Shown here piece after piece: positions 1 through 8,684 of a DNA stretch of 64,000 bases. The notes below the pieces were generated by a model that was not told the DNA's origin, made no database searches, and worked only from the letters and a program-made list of their open reading frames with translations. Source of the DNA: Candidatus Aminicenantia bacterium. Lineage in GTDB: Bacteria; Acidobacteriota; Aminicenantia; Aminicenantales; Saccharicenantaceae. Numbering within the stretch: the stretch's first letter is position 1; every line of letters begins with the position of its first letter. The stretch covers positions 653 to 64,652 of the forward strand of contig JBGOYY010000009.1 in NCBI GenBank assembly GCA_041479905.1. The letters run 5' to 3'. Position numbers and translations under genes: made by a program.

Positions 1-150
1 ACGGTCGTGACCATCCTCTATTATCTCCTGACGGCCTACGTCGCCGTCCTCCTCGTCGCGAATTTCCTGAAAAACAAGAGATGGCAGGACGAGGTCCTCT
101 ACATCATCGTCCTCATCCCGTTCGTCCTGAGACTGCTGAGGCTGAAATGA
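1..150 (+). CDS. C-terminal fragment of a membrane protein (gene runs off the left edge)
   Basis: Frame 1 is open from nt 1 to TGA 148-150 and encodes a hydrophobic tail (TVVTILYYLLTAYVAVLLVANFL...IIVLIPFVLRLLRLK). Its stop overlaps the ATG at 147 of the next gene (ATGA). Confidence 0.4.
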   Translation, partial: TVVTILYYLLTAYVAVLLVANFLKNKRWQDEVLYIIVLIPFVLRLLRLK

Positions 151-1298
151 CGAGGAAAGCCGTCATCGCGGCGTTAGGGGCGGCCCTGGCCCTCTTCGCC
201 GGGCTGAGCTTTTACCGAAGCCGCCATCTCCGGGAGCCGGTCGTGCCTGGTCCGAGCGTCTCCCGGGTGGCTCATCTCGGCGACTACTTCGGCCCCATCA
301 AGGGCACGGTCAACGACGTCAACGTCTACGTCCTCGAAGGGAAAGAGCCCGGCGGTACGATCCTTCTCCTCGGCGGCACCCACCCGGAGGAGCCGGCGGG
401 GCGGCTCGCGGCCTGGATCTTCGCCGAGAACGCCGAAATAGCCAAGGGCCGGATCTTCGTCATCCTCACCGCCAACCGCAGCGCCTCGACCGTGACCCGC
501 CTCGGCGGGGCCTATCCGCCCGACTTCACCATCCCCACGGCCTGGGGCGGCCAGAAGTTCCGCATGGGCGACCGCTGGTCCAATCCGCTCGACCAGTGGC
601 CCGACCCCGAAGTTTACCTCCACTATCCGACCCGCCAAGAGCTGGCCTACGTCGACATCCGCAACCTCAACCGGGCCTTCCCCGGACGGCCGAACGGGAC
701 ACTCACGGAAAAAACGTGCTACGCCATCACCGAGCTCATCCGCCGCGAGAAGGTCGACATCGCCATCGACTTTCACGAAGCCGAGCTCCAATACCCCGTG
801 ATCAGTACCATCGTCGCCCACCAGAAAGGCGCGGACCTGGCCGCCGCGGCGTCCATGTTCATCAGCAGCGTCGAGGGCTTCGCCATCGGCGTCGAGAACT
901 CGCCCAAGGCCCTCCACGGCCTGTCCCACCGCGAGATCGGGGACGCGACCGACGCGATTTCCCTCCTCCTCGAGGCCCCGGAGCCTTTCCTCGACGCCAC
1001 GCGCGGCCGGACCGACCGCAAGCTTCTCCTCACCGGAAAGGACGACTTCGTCGTCCGGGCCGGAAAACGCGGGCTCCTTTTCGAGAAAATCGACGAGAAG
1101 GGCTGGCCGATCGACATCCGCGTCGGGCGCCACACCTCGACAGTCCTCCAGATCCTCGAGATCTGGTCGGGCGACAACCCGGCGAAAGCCGTGGTCCTCT
1201 CCGGAGTTCCCCGCTACACCGACGTCGTCCGGGACGGTGTCGGCGCCTACCTCAAGGATCCGAAGACGATCGACCCCGCCAAGCTCTTCTACGAATAG
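147..1298 (+). CDS. Succinylglutamate desuccinylase/aspartoacylase-family (M14-like) zinc hydrolase, membrane-anchored or secreted
   Basis: N-terminal hydrophobic segment (AVIAALGAALALFAGL), a GGTHPEEPAG block (H-x-x-E metal site) and a DFHEAE block, as in AstE/AspA-type deacylases. ATG 147 is coupled to the upstream stop; the track start at 81 is an in-frame extension. Confidence 0.7.
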   Translation: MTRKAVIAALGAALALFAGLSFYRSRHLREPVVPGPSVSRVAHLGDYFGPIKGTVNDVNVYVLEGKEPGGTILLLGGTHPEEPAGRLAAWIFAENAEIAKGRIFVILTANRSASTVTRLGGAYPPDFTIPTAWGGQKFRMGDRWSNPLDQWPDPEVYLHYPTRQELAYVDIRNLNRAFPGRPNGTLTEKTCYAITELIRREKVDIAIDFHEAELQYPVISTIVAHQKGADLAAAASMFISSVEGFAIGVENSPKALHGLSHREIGDATDAISLLLEAPEPFLDATRGRTDRKLLLTGKDDFVVRAGKRGLLFEKIDEKGWPIDIRVGRHTSTVLQILEIWSGDNPAKAVVLSGVPRYTDVVRDGVGAYLKDPKTIDPAKLFYE

Positions 1299-1502
1299 TG
1301 AGGTACTTCTCCCGATTTCGGGGAACTCCCCTATTCGGCTTGGCGAAGGATATCACCCTTAGCCCCCCGGCCCCCCCGGGAACCAGTCCCGGCGGTTCCC
1401 CCGCCTTCGGCGGGACCCCCTCCGCTACGGGGGTCGTCAGGGCGATATCCATCGCCGCCTCATGACGGGCTTCCCCTTCATCGGAAGAAGTCCTGCCTTT
1501 CA

Positions 1503-2585
1503 CTAGAAGGGGCGGCGCCGCGTTGTGACCAGGACGACAAAAATCGATAGGATATATATTGTGGAAAGCACCGCGCCCGGCCATGAGCCGGCGGCGGCAC
1601 GACGAAAGAGCGGTCCGTCGCCCGGGCGGGGCAACGGCCGGGGGTCCCAGGGAAGGCCGTAGCGCTCGCAAAGGCCCTTGATATTGAGCAAGTGGATGAC
1701 CGGGATCTTTTCCGCGGCCATGGCCTGGAGAACGCCGCGCTCGGTCGGAGGCGGGACAAAAACGCCGGAGGCGAGCCCCGGCCGCAGTTTCAGCACTTCG
1801 GAGTTCGTGCCGATATTGGCCCAACTGCCGCCGATGTTGACGAACGCCTTGATGGGCCTCGTCCCGGCCCCTTCGCGGTAGAGTTTCATCCTCAGCTCGA
1901 CATTCCGTTCGAGGTCGGATTCCTCGAGGAACAGCACCCCGCCCGCGCGGATGCGCGACTCGAGAAGGGTGCGGCCTTCCGGGCTCATGTCCCGTCCGAC
2001 GTCCTCGTCCCCCCCGATAGCTCGGGCGAGGGGGGAGATCGCGAAAACGCCCGCGGCCCGAAGGCAATCTTCCATGTCGGTCCAGTTGAACCCGGGGATG
2101 TTGGCCCCCCACTCCGAAGCGCCCAGGGAGGAGATGACGACCGGCTCGAGTCCCATGACCTCGGCCGCGGAAAGAGTGGCGACGATGAGGGCCGGAAAAG
2201 AGCTCGAGGCGCCGACGGCGACGGCGTCTCCCCGCTTTGCTCCGGCTTCGTGAAAGAGGGATACGACGAGAGCCGCGAAGTTCGGGTTCGTCGTCGTCCT
2301 TTTCGCCTCGAGCCGGCCGGCCGAAGTCGTGATGGGCGACGTCTCCAGTCCGATGAACCCGGTCCCGTTCGGGTCGGTTTCGCGGTCGAAGGGGACGCCC
2401 TTCTCGACGCGGCAGGCCCGTATCGCCGCGGTCGCAGCGGCCATCGTGCGCGAGGCCTCGTTCATCTCCGCACGCACGTCCGGCTCCGCAAAAGGAAGGA
2501 ACCGGACGAGGAGAAGATAGGCGAAGCTCAACGCCGCGGCCGCATAGACGGGCCCGAACAGGCCTTTCCCGAAAAGCCGTTTCAT
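1503..2585 (-). CDS. Poly-gamma-glutamate system protein (accessory protein of PgsA-less pgsBC loci)
   Basis: TM segments at both termini. The gene lies directly downstream of pgsC with an ATGA overlap at 2582-2585. The family assignment is from memory of three-gene pgsB/pgsC/system-protein cassettes and was not searched. Confidence 0.6.
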   Translation of the reverse strand: MKRLFGKGLFGPVYAAAALSFAYLLLVRFLPFAEPDVRAEMNEASRTMAAATAAIRACRVEKGVPFDRETDPNGTGFIGLETSPITTSAGRLEAKRTTTNPNFAALVVSLFHEAGAKRGDAVAVGASSSFPALIVATLSAAEVMGLEPVVISSLGASEWGANIPGFNWTDMEDCLRAAGVFAISPLARAIGGDEDVGRDMSPEGRTLLESRIRAGGVLFLEESDLERNVELRMKLYREGAGTRPIKAFVNIGGSWANIGTNSEVLKLRPGLASGVFVPPPTERGVLQAMAAEKIPVIHLLNIKGLCERYGLPWDPRPLPRPGDGPLFRRAAAGSWPGAVLSTIYILSIFVVLVTTRRRPF

Positions 2586-3016
2586 AGGAGCGACACCAGC
2601 CGGACGACGGCAAAGGTCAGCGTGGCCGCGGCGGCGAGAGAGACCAGGGTCGGCAGGACCTTCTGCCGAGCCAAGCTCGAAGCCAGGATGCCGGGGATGA
2701 CCCAGCCGATGACGCGAAGCTCGACGGGCGCCGCGAACAGCCTCGGCAGGACGAGGAGCCAGACTTGCGAGAGGACCGCCCCGACGAGGACCATCAGGAC
2801 AAAGCGGCGCCGGCCGAAGAGGATGAGGTTGCGGGCGAGGAACCTGTAGATCGCCAGGGTCAGCAGGGCGACGACCAGAGTGGCGGCGGCGCGGAGCGGC
2901 CGGTCGAGATAGAGGGCGAAGTAGCCGGGCACGATGATGCCGCCGGGAGAGATGTCCGTGATCTCGGCCCAGAGGAGGGCCAGGGCGAGGCCGATGAGGA
3001 GCGTTTCAACGATCAT
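2582..3016 (-). CDS. pgsC: Poly-gamma-glutamate biosynthesis membrane protein PgsC/CapC
   Basis: About 144 aa and very hydrophobic (MIVETLLIGLALALLWAEITDISPGGIIVPGYFALYL...), which is CapC-like. ATG at 3016 overlaps the pgsB end (3006). The track ORF start at 3121 is an upstream extension. Confidence 0.8.
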   Translation of the reverse strand: MIVETLLIGLALALLWAEITDISPGGIIVPGYFALYLDRPLRAAATLVVALLTLAIYRFLARNLILFGRRRFVLMVLVGAVLSQVWLLVLPRLFAAPVELRVIGWVIPGILASSLARQKVLPTLVSLAAAATLTFAVVRLVSLL

Positions 3017-4241
3017 GCGGGGTCCCCTTCTCATCCCAAAAACGGACGAGCCGCTCGCCCGGCCCGACGATGTTGCCGAGGCCGATGACGACGGGTTCGC
3101 CCGGAACGGCCGACACGACACGGTTCATGAGCACTTCGTGAGACGACCCGTCGTAAACAGAAAAAACGGTGCCGCCCGGGAGCGGCGACTTCCGGATCTT
3201 CCGCAGGGCCGCCCGGGCCGGCGGGCCGAGAAGGACGACGCGGGCGAAGTCCCGAAAAAAGCTTTCATGAGCCGCCCGGACCCACTGGAGCGTCCGGTCG
3301 CCGCGGTCCTCGCGCAAGCTGAGGAGCCCGACCCACCGTCGCGATGCAGGCGGGAATTCCCGGCCGATCTTCAAGAGCGCCGCGGCCGAGGATTCCGGGT
3401 CGTTCGCGGCGAAGGCGCTGACGCAGACCGCCGGCCGGGGCGGATTGCCGAACCGGCCGCGCCAGGCCCTGAGGCTCCCGAAATCGGGCGAGGCGGCGGC
3501 GACCCCCCGCTCCGCCGTCTCTCTCCCGACGCCCAAGGATGCGAGGACGGCCAGCGCGAGCCGGACATTCGGTTCGAACTCTCCGAACGATGAATGCGGG
3601 CCCGCGCTCGATCCGGCGACCGCAGCCAAAGGGGCCACCGGATGGAGCCTCGACGCCGTCCGCGCGGCCGCTTCTTCGAAGACGGGACAGATCTCTTCCT
3701 CCGGGATGAAGATGTCCGCGCGTTCGGGGAACGCCGACGCGAGGGAGCGGGCGATATCGTCCTTGCGCCGTCCCATCTCGTCCAGGTGGTCGAGCCGGAC
3801 GTTGGTCAGGGCCAGGGTGCCGGGCCGGAGGATCCGCCGGGATTCCGCGGCCAGGCACTCCGCACCGACGCTCATCATTTCGGAAACGAGGGTGTCGGCG
3901 CCCGTCGCCGCGGCCAGCCGGATGAGCCGGACCTGTTCCCTGATGGATGCCGGTCCGGCCCGCAGGATCTCCCGTTCCGAACCGTCCGGGAAGATCAAAA
4001 CGGGCTTCGAACCGGTGGTCTTGGCCAGGACCCGGGCCCCTGACTCCCTCAGGCCGGCCGCGACAAGCCGGGTGACACCGGACTTGCCCCGGGTTCCTGT
4101 GACGGCGATCCGGCGTGGGACGCGCCCGAGCGCCCTCTCCAGCCAGAGACGTTCGATGATAAGATAGAAAATGAGGACGCTTAAGCAGGCCGAGAATACG
4201 AGAAACTCTCGCGTGGTGGATCTCTCCGGATTCCCGGGAAT
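3006..4241 (-). CDS. pgsB: Poly-gamma-glutamate synthase PgsB/CapB (Mur-ligase-like amide ligase); start codon unresolved
   Basis: Hand translation upstream of the track start (TTG 3998) gives a TM helix (FLVFSACLSVLIFYLII) followed by ERALGRVPRRIAVTGTRGKSGVTRL (P-loop), matching the PgsB N-terminus. There is no ATG, GTG or TTG between the in-frame TAG at 4247-4245 and 3998. ATT at 4241 is the first candidate. Confidence 0.8.
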   Translation of the reverse strand: MPGNPERSTTREFLVFSACLSVLIFYLIIERLWLERALGRVPRRIAVTGTRGKSGVTRLVAAGLRESGARVLAKTTGSKPVLIFPDGSEREILRAGPASIREQVRLIRLAAATGADTLVSEMMSVGAECLAAESRRILRPGTLALTNVRLDHLDEMGRRKDDIARSLASAFPERADIFIPEEEICPVFEEAAARTASRLHPVAPLAAVAGSSAGPHSSFGEFEPNVRLALAVLASLGVGRETAERGVAAASPDFGSLRAWRGRFGNPPRPAVCVSAFAANDPESSAAALLKIGREFPPASRRWVGLLSLREDRGDRTLQWVRAAHESFFRDFARVVLLGPPARAALRKIRKSPLPGGTVFSVYDGSSHEVLMNRVVSAVPGEPVVIGLGNIVGPGERLVRFWDEKGTPHDR

Positions 4242-4244
4242 CGG

Positions 4245-4889
4245 CTATTTCTTCTTCTTGAGGCCCTCGAGGTCCTGCTTGTATCGCTCGAGGTCGGTAA
4301 TGCCGAAGACCACGTTCTTGTTGTAGTCCTCGAGCTGGCCCAGGTATCTATTCCCGGTCGAGGCTATTTTCCACTGATTGGGCTGGGCGAAAACGAAGAT
4401 ATACTTGATGAGGTTCTGGCCAAAAGAGTAGATCCAAAGTTCGGCCCTGTTCCCCCCCAGGTCTTCGTTGCTGCGGCTCGTCGCCTGGGCGGCTTGGCCG
4501 CCGCTGAGCATCGTCCAGTCGACGTTCTGGTCAACCTCGATGGACGCGGGGTTTCCGGCGAGGAGGTAGACCCTCGACCGGTCGGTGTTCCAGGGCTGGC
4601 GGGCATTCTCCTTCCAGAAGTTTTTCATGACATAATCCATTCTGGCTTGATAGTCAGCCCGCGCCTGGGCGGTCCGGGCCGCCCAGAAGAGCTCCTGGAA
4701 GGCCTTCCGGCCTCCCTCCGACAACGTGCGGTAGGCCTTCCGCTCGAAATCCTGCATGATGATGTAGTGCTGGGTGTACCAGGCATCCTTTTTCGGGAGC
4801 GCGCTGACGCCGCGAGCGGTCAGGCCCAGAAGGGATAAAAGGATCGTGCCCAGGGCAAAAAGGATCCGGCGATTATATCCGTTGTTCAT
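4245..4889 (-). CDS. GWxTD domain-containing secreted protein
   Basis: Signal peptide (RRILFALGTILLSLLGLTA) and a QPWNTDRSRVYLLAGNP block that corresponds to the GWxTD motif. GGAGG lies 6 nt upstream of ATG 4889. Confidence 0.65.
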   Translation of the reverse strand: MNNGYNRRILFALGTILLSLLGLTARGVSALPKKDAWYTQHYIIMQDFERKAYRTLSEGGRKAFQELFWAARTAQARADYQARMDYVMKNFWKENARQPWNTDRSRVYLLAGNPASIEVDQNVDWTMLSGGQAAQATSRSNEDLGGNRAELWIYSFGQNLIKYIFVFAQPNQWKIASTGNRYLGQLEDYNKNVVFGITDLERYKQDLEGLKKKK

Positions 4890-5357
4890 GATCGACCTCC
4901 CCGTCGAAGAGGTATTCTGAGGTCAGTATAGTCTCGGAACCGGATCGAGTCAAATCGTCCCATGAGGGGTCATTAAACGGCTTCTTATTGGCTGCCTCCG
5001 AAAAGAGGGAAAGTCCAATAATTGAAGCAAAAACCAAATTTTTGGATAAATCCAAAAAACCGGAGAAAACGCGGCCTGAATGCTATCGTAACATACTCAT
5101 AATAAACATTATAAGTGTTAACAAGCATTGGCATGATACTTGCTAAATATATTGACTTAGATTCAATATGATTACCTATATTTTTGCATACAAAGGAGGT
5201 GAGAACAAAAGGGCGAGTACGCATGAGGGTAAGGGGAGGGGCAGGGACAAACATCTTTTTTGCCCCGGGGCGACCGCTGTCTCCGCCGGCGATCGGCCGA
5301 CGGAAAGCGGGCCGCCATTTGGCCTATGTTTATCGAAAGTTAGGAGGATATTTTTTC

Positions 5358-8300
5358 ATGAGTAAAAGACTAATCATCGCGGTCCTCGCCTTGTTCATGG
5401 CCGGGGTCGCCTTCGCCCAGCTCGTCCCGACCTCCAAGATGGAAGGAAAGGTCGTGGACAATACGGGCGCTCCGCTTCCCGGAGTTTCGGTCGTAGCGAC
5501 GAGCCCGAAGCTGGTGGGCAAGCAGACAGCGATCACCGACGGCGAGGGATTCTATCGTTTATTCTCGTTGCCTTCCGGCGTCTATGAAGTGACCTACACG
5601 CTTCAGGGCTTCAAGACCCTCATCCGGAAGGACATCATCATCCAGCTGTCTCAGACCGTCACGCTCAACGCGACTCTGGACCAGGCCGCTCTCGAAGAGC
5701 AGGTCACGGTCATCGGCCAGAGCCCGCTCATCGACGTCAAGAGCACGGTCAAAGGCATGACCATGACCAAGGAATTGTTCATGAGCCTGCCCCGCAACCG
5801 TAGCTTCGACGGCCTGATTAACACCATCCCCGGCGTCCAGTCTGATTTCAGAACGGGCGGCCTTTCGGTCGACGGCGCCACCGGTTCCGAAAACATGTGG
5901 TACATGGACGGCGCGGACATCAGCAACGTCCACGTCGGCACGAGCAGCCAGGGCGCGGTCATGGAGATAATCGAGGAAGTCAAGGTCACGGCCTCCGGCT
6001 ATAACGCCGAATTCGGCGGTGGGATGGGCGGTGTCGTCAACGTCATCACCCGGTCCGGCGGCAACTCCTTCCATGGCGACATCCTCGGCTTCAACGACGG
6101 CGGCTCCATGTTAATGGTCGCCAAGGCCAACACGTATTTCCGCTGGGATCCGAATAACAGCAACATTCCCCAGTACGTCAACGACGACACTCTCTATTTC
6201 AACCAAGGCAGGTCGCGGGATGATTACAAGCGCTTCGAAGGCGTCTTCAACATCGGCGGCTACATCCTGAAGGACCGGCTGTGGTTCTTCACGTCCTTCA
6301 ACCCGGTCTACTCCAGAACGTACGCCAATCGGTTCTTCAACAGCGATGTCGTCAATCCGGGCGATCCCAAGCCGCTCTATCCGTTCTACAGAAAGGACCT
6401 GGCCATGAACGGCTCGGTCAAGCTCACGGCCGCGCCTTTGAAGGGCCTGCGGCTGTCCGCCTCCGCGGTCGATAACTGGTCCAATTACAGGGGCTCCATC
6501 CCCACCATCCTCGGCAGCGACCAAAAGGCCTATACCTATGGGCTCACGGGCCGCGACTACCCGAACTGGAGCGCCGCCTTTACGGCCGACTACAGCGCCA
6601 GCAATAACTTCCTCGTCAGCTTGCGCGGCGGCTACCACCAGCATGGCCAAAAGAACGAGCAGATCGGCCCCACGGGTACGACCATCTATTTCAACTTAGA
6701 TAACCTCATGTTCGGGGCAGGCGGGGCGAAGGAAGATCCGTTCTTCGTCGCCAATCCGACCATGGCCCGCATAGCCGGCGCAGCCAATTACGCCGGTTCC
6801 TGGACGAAGTTCGACCACCAGAAATTCGAGAAATACTCCACCAACCTCGACCTCAGCTACTACGCCTCGATGGCCGGAGAACACGCCTTTAAGGCCGGCG
6901 TCCAGTTTATCCGCGACGTCGAGAGCCAAAACGACGGCAGCTCCTACCCGCATGTCAACATTAATTGGGACCAGGAGAGCTCCGCTCTCGAAGGCTATGG
7001 TGTTCCGCCATTCCGCGGTACGTACGGAAACTATGAGATTATCTCCGGCTGGAACTCCCCTTACGGCTATACCTGGGACGCCCACCGCGACGCCTGGGCC
7101 ATTTACCTCCAGGATTCCTGGACGATCAACGGCAAGCTGACCCTTAACGCCGGCCTCCGGACGGAAACCGAGTACATCCCGTCCTTCTCGACAGCCGTTG
7201 AACCCGAGAACATGGTTCCGATCAGGTTCCACTGGGCCCAGAAGTTCGCCCCCCGCCTCGGCGCCGTTTATGATGTCTTCGGCGACTCGAGCTTGAAGGT
7301 TTTCGGCAGCTTCGGCATCTATTATGACGTTATGAAGATGTACATCGCCGAAGGCGCGTTCGGCGGCTATAAGTGGAGCACCGACTACTACAAGCTTGAT
7401 AACCCGAACTGGCTGCAAATCGGGGCCACCAACAGCATCCCTGACCAGGCCAGCCAGGAAGCCGGCGGCCAGTACATGGGCCATCTCGACTGGAGAATCC
7501 CCTCGTTCGATACCCTTCAGCCGGACATGAAGCCCGTCGGTCAGAGAGAAATCTCCTTCGGTGTCGAAAAGAAGCTGACGGAAGACATTTCGGCTTCGGT
7601 CCGGCTCGTCCAGAAGCACCTTATTCGGACGATCGAGGACATCGGCATCGGCACGGCCGGGGGCGAGTCGTATTACGAGGGCAACCCCGGCAGCCCGTGG
7701 ATCGTGGAAAAGTTCAACGAACTCCTGCCTCCCATCACCGTCGGGCCCGGAACCGATTATCCAGACCTCCCCGCCGGAACCTGGGATTACTGGCCACAGG
7801 TCAAGGCCAAGAGAGAATATTATGCCATGAACGTCGACTTGGTGAAGAGGTTCAGCCACAACTGGCAGGGCGGCCTCAACTACACCCTGAGCTTGACCAA
7901 GGGCAATTACGGCGGCTTGTCCAGCACGGACGAATTCGGCCGGAACTCCCCGAACGTCGAGCGCTCGTTCGACCTCTGGTTCATGATGTACGAAATCGAC
8001 GGGACCCCGGTCGACGGGCCGTTGCCTCAGGACAGAACGCACTACGTCAAAGCGTACGGCTCCTATTCATTCCCGATCGGCCTGACCGTCGGCGTCACGG
8101 GCTACGCCCGCAGCGGCAACCCGATGAGCAGCCGGCTGCCCTTCACCAACTCCTACTTCTACCCCGACGGTTATGCTGATTTGGGCCGTCTCCCCTGGAC
8201 CATCTGGGGCGATGTCTTCGCCGAATGGGCCATCAAGATCGGCGGCAAGTATACCATCGCCCTGAACGCACAGGTCAGCAACATCCTCGACTGCCGAACC

Positions 8301-8576
8301 TGGCAGCACTACAGGTATGCGATGAACCGGCAATCCGGCGGCATGAGCATTCCGGATATTTATCTTCTCAACGGAGAAGCCAACAATCCGGACACGATTT
8401 ACACCACCCGACACGGCACCGCTCCGAATTATACGTACAGGACGGTGTACTGGGTGGATCGCAACCAGTACTACCGGCCCGACGTCAGCTATGCCGGCTT
8501 CGCGGACAGCGAGTACAAGTACAACACTCAGTACGGCAGACGGAGCCTCCGTCTCGGCGCCCGATTCTCGTTCTAA
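5358..8576 (+). CDS. TonB-dependent receptor with N-terminal carboxypeptidase-regulatory-like domain
   Basis: AGGAGG at 5343-5348 precedes ATG 5358. Signal peptide MSKRLIIAVLALFMAGVAFAQ, then GKVVDNTGAPLPGVSVVA (CarboxypepD_reg), a plug-like region, and a C-terminal LRLGARFSF beta-barrel terminus. The track start at 5184 is an extension. Confidence 0.85.
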   Translation: MSKRLIIAVLALFMAGVAFAQLVPTSKMEGKVVDNTGAPLPGVSVVATSPKLVGKQTAITDGEGFYRLFSLPSGVYEVTYTLQGFKTLIRKDIIIQLSQTVTLNATLDQAALEEQVTVIGQSPLIDVKSTVKGMTMTKELFMSLPRNRSFDGLINTIPGVQSDFRTGGLSVDGATGSENMWYMDGADISNVHVGTSSQGAVMEIIEEVKVTASGYNAEFGGGMGGVVNVITRSGGNSFHGDILGFNDGGSMLMVAKANTYFRWDPNNSNIPQYVNDDTLYFNQGRSRDDYKRFEGVFNIGGYILKDRLWFFTSFNPVYSRTYANRFFNSDVVNPGDPKPLYPFYRKDLAMNGSVKLTAAPLKGLRLSASAVDNWSNYRGSIPTILGSDQKAYTYGLTGRDYPNWSAAFTADYSASNNFLVSLRGGYHQHGQKNEQIGPTGTTIYFNLDNLMFGAGGAKEDPFFVANPTMARIAGAANYAGSWTKFDHQKFEKYSTNLDLSYYASMAGEHAFKAGVQFIRDVESQNDGSSYPHVNINWDQESSALEGYGVPPFRGTYGNYEIISGWNSPYGYTWDAHRDAWAIYLQDSWTINGKLTLNAGLRTETEYIPSFSTAVEPENMVPIRFHWAQKFAPRLGAVYDVFGDSSLKVFGSFGIYYDVMKMYIAEGAFGGYKWSTDYYKLDNPNWLQIGATNSIPDQASQEAGGQYMGHLDWRIPSFDTLQPDMKPVGQREISFGVEKKLTEDISASVRLVQKHLIRTIEDIGIGTAGGESYYEGNPGSPWIVEKFNELLPPITVGPGTDYPDLPAGTWDYWPQVKAKREYYAMNVDLVKRFSHNWQGGLNYTLSLTKGNYGGLSSTDEFGRNSPNVERSFDLWFMMYEIDGTPVDGPLPQDRTHYVKAYGSYSFPIGLTVGVTGYARSGNPMSSRLPFTNSYFYPDGYADLGRLPWTIWGDVFAEWAIKIGGKYTIALNAQVSNILDCRTWQHYRYAMNRQSGGMSIPDIYLLNGEANNPDTIYTTRHGTAPNYTYRTVYWVDRNQYYRPDVSYAGFADSEYKYNTQYGRRSLRLGARFSF

Positions 8577-8613
8577 GCAGAAAGCAGAAGCAGCAGCACA
8601 CGCAGAAGCACAA

Positions 8614-8647
8614 GGCCCGCCCCCTCCGGGGGGCGGGCCTTTTTTTT
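8614..8647. terminator. Rho-independent terminator between convergent genes
   Basis: GGCCCGCCCCC-TCCG-GGGGGCGGGCC hairpin followed by a T8 run, located between stop 8576 (+) and stop 8685 (-). Confidence 0.8.
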
Positions 8648-8684
8648 GGATGTTGTTATTTTTTGAGCGAAGCTTCGAGGCGCT

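Noticed and set aside
1395-1440. Two GC-rich hairpins (TCCCCCGCC-TTCG-GGCGGGA and ACCCCC-TCCGCTAC-GGGGGT) between convergent genes.
   Set aside because: They may help termination, but neither is followed by a T-run on either strand, so I do not call them terminators.
4239-4250. TAG read-through producing a GWxTD-PgsB fusion.
   Set aside because: The two proteins belong to different compartments (secreted versus membrane ligase), and TAG is used as an ordinary stop elsewhere in the window (for example 59339, 48521). A rare start codon or a sequence error is more parsimonious.
5190-5357. Possible cobalamin riboswitch in the leader of the TonB-dependent receptor (GGTGAGAA ... CCGCTGT ... GCCGCCATTTGG).
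   Set aside because: The pieces resemble B12-element fragments, but their spacing is far from the consensus (about 75 nt where about 20 is expected) and there is no clean GCCACTG box. I cannot support the call without a covariance-model search.
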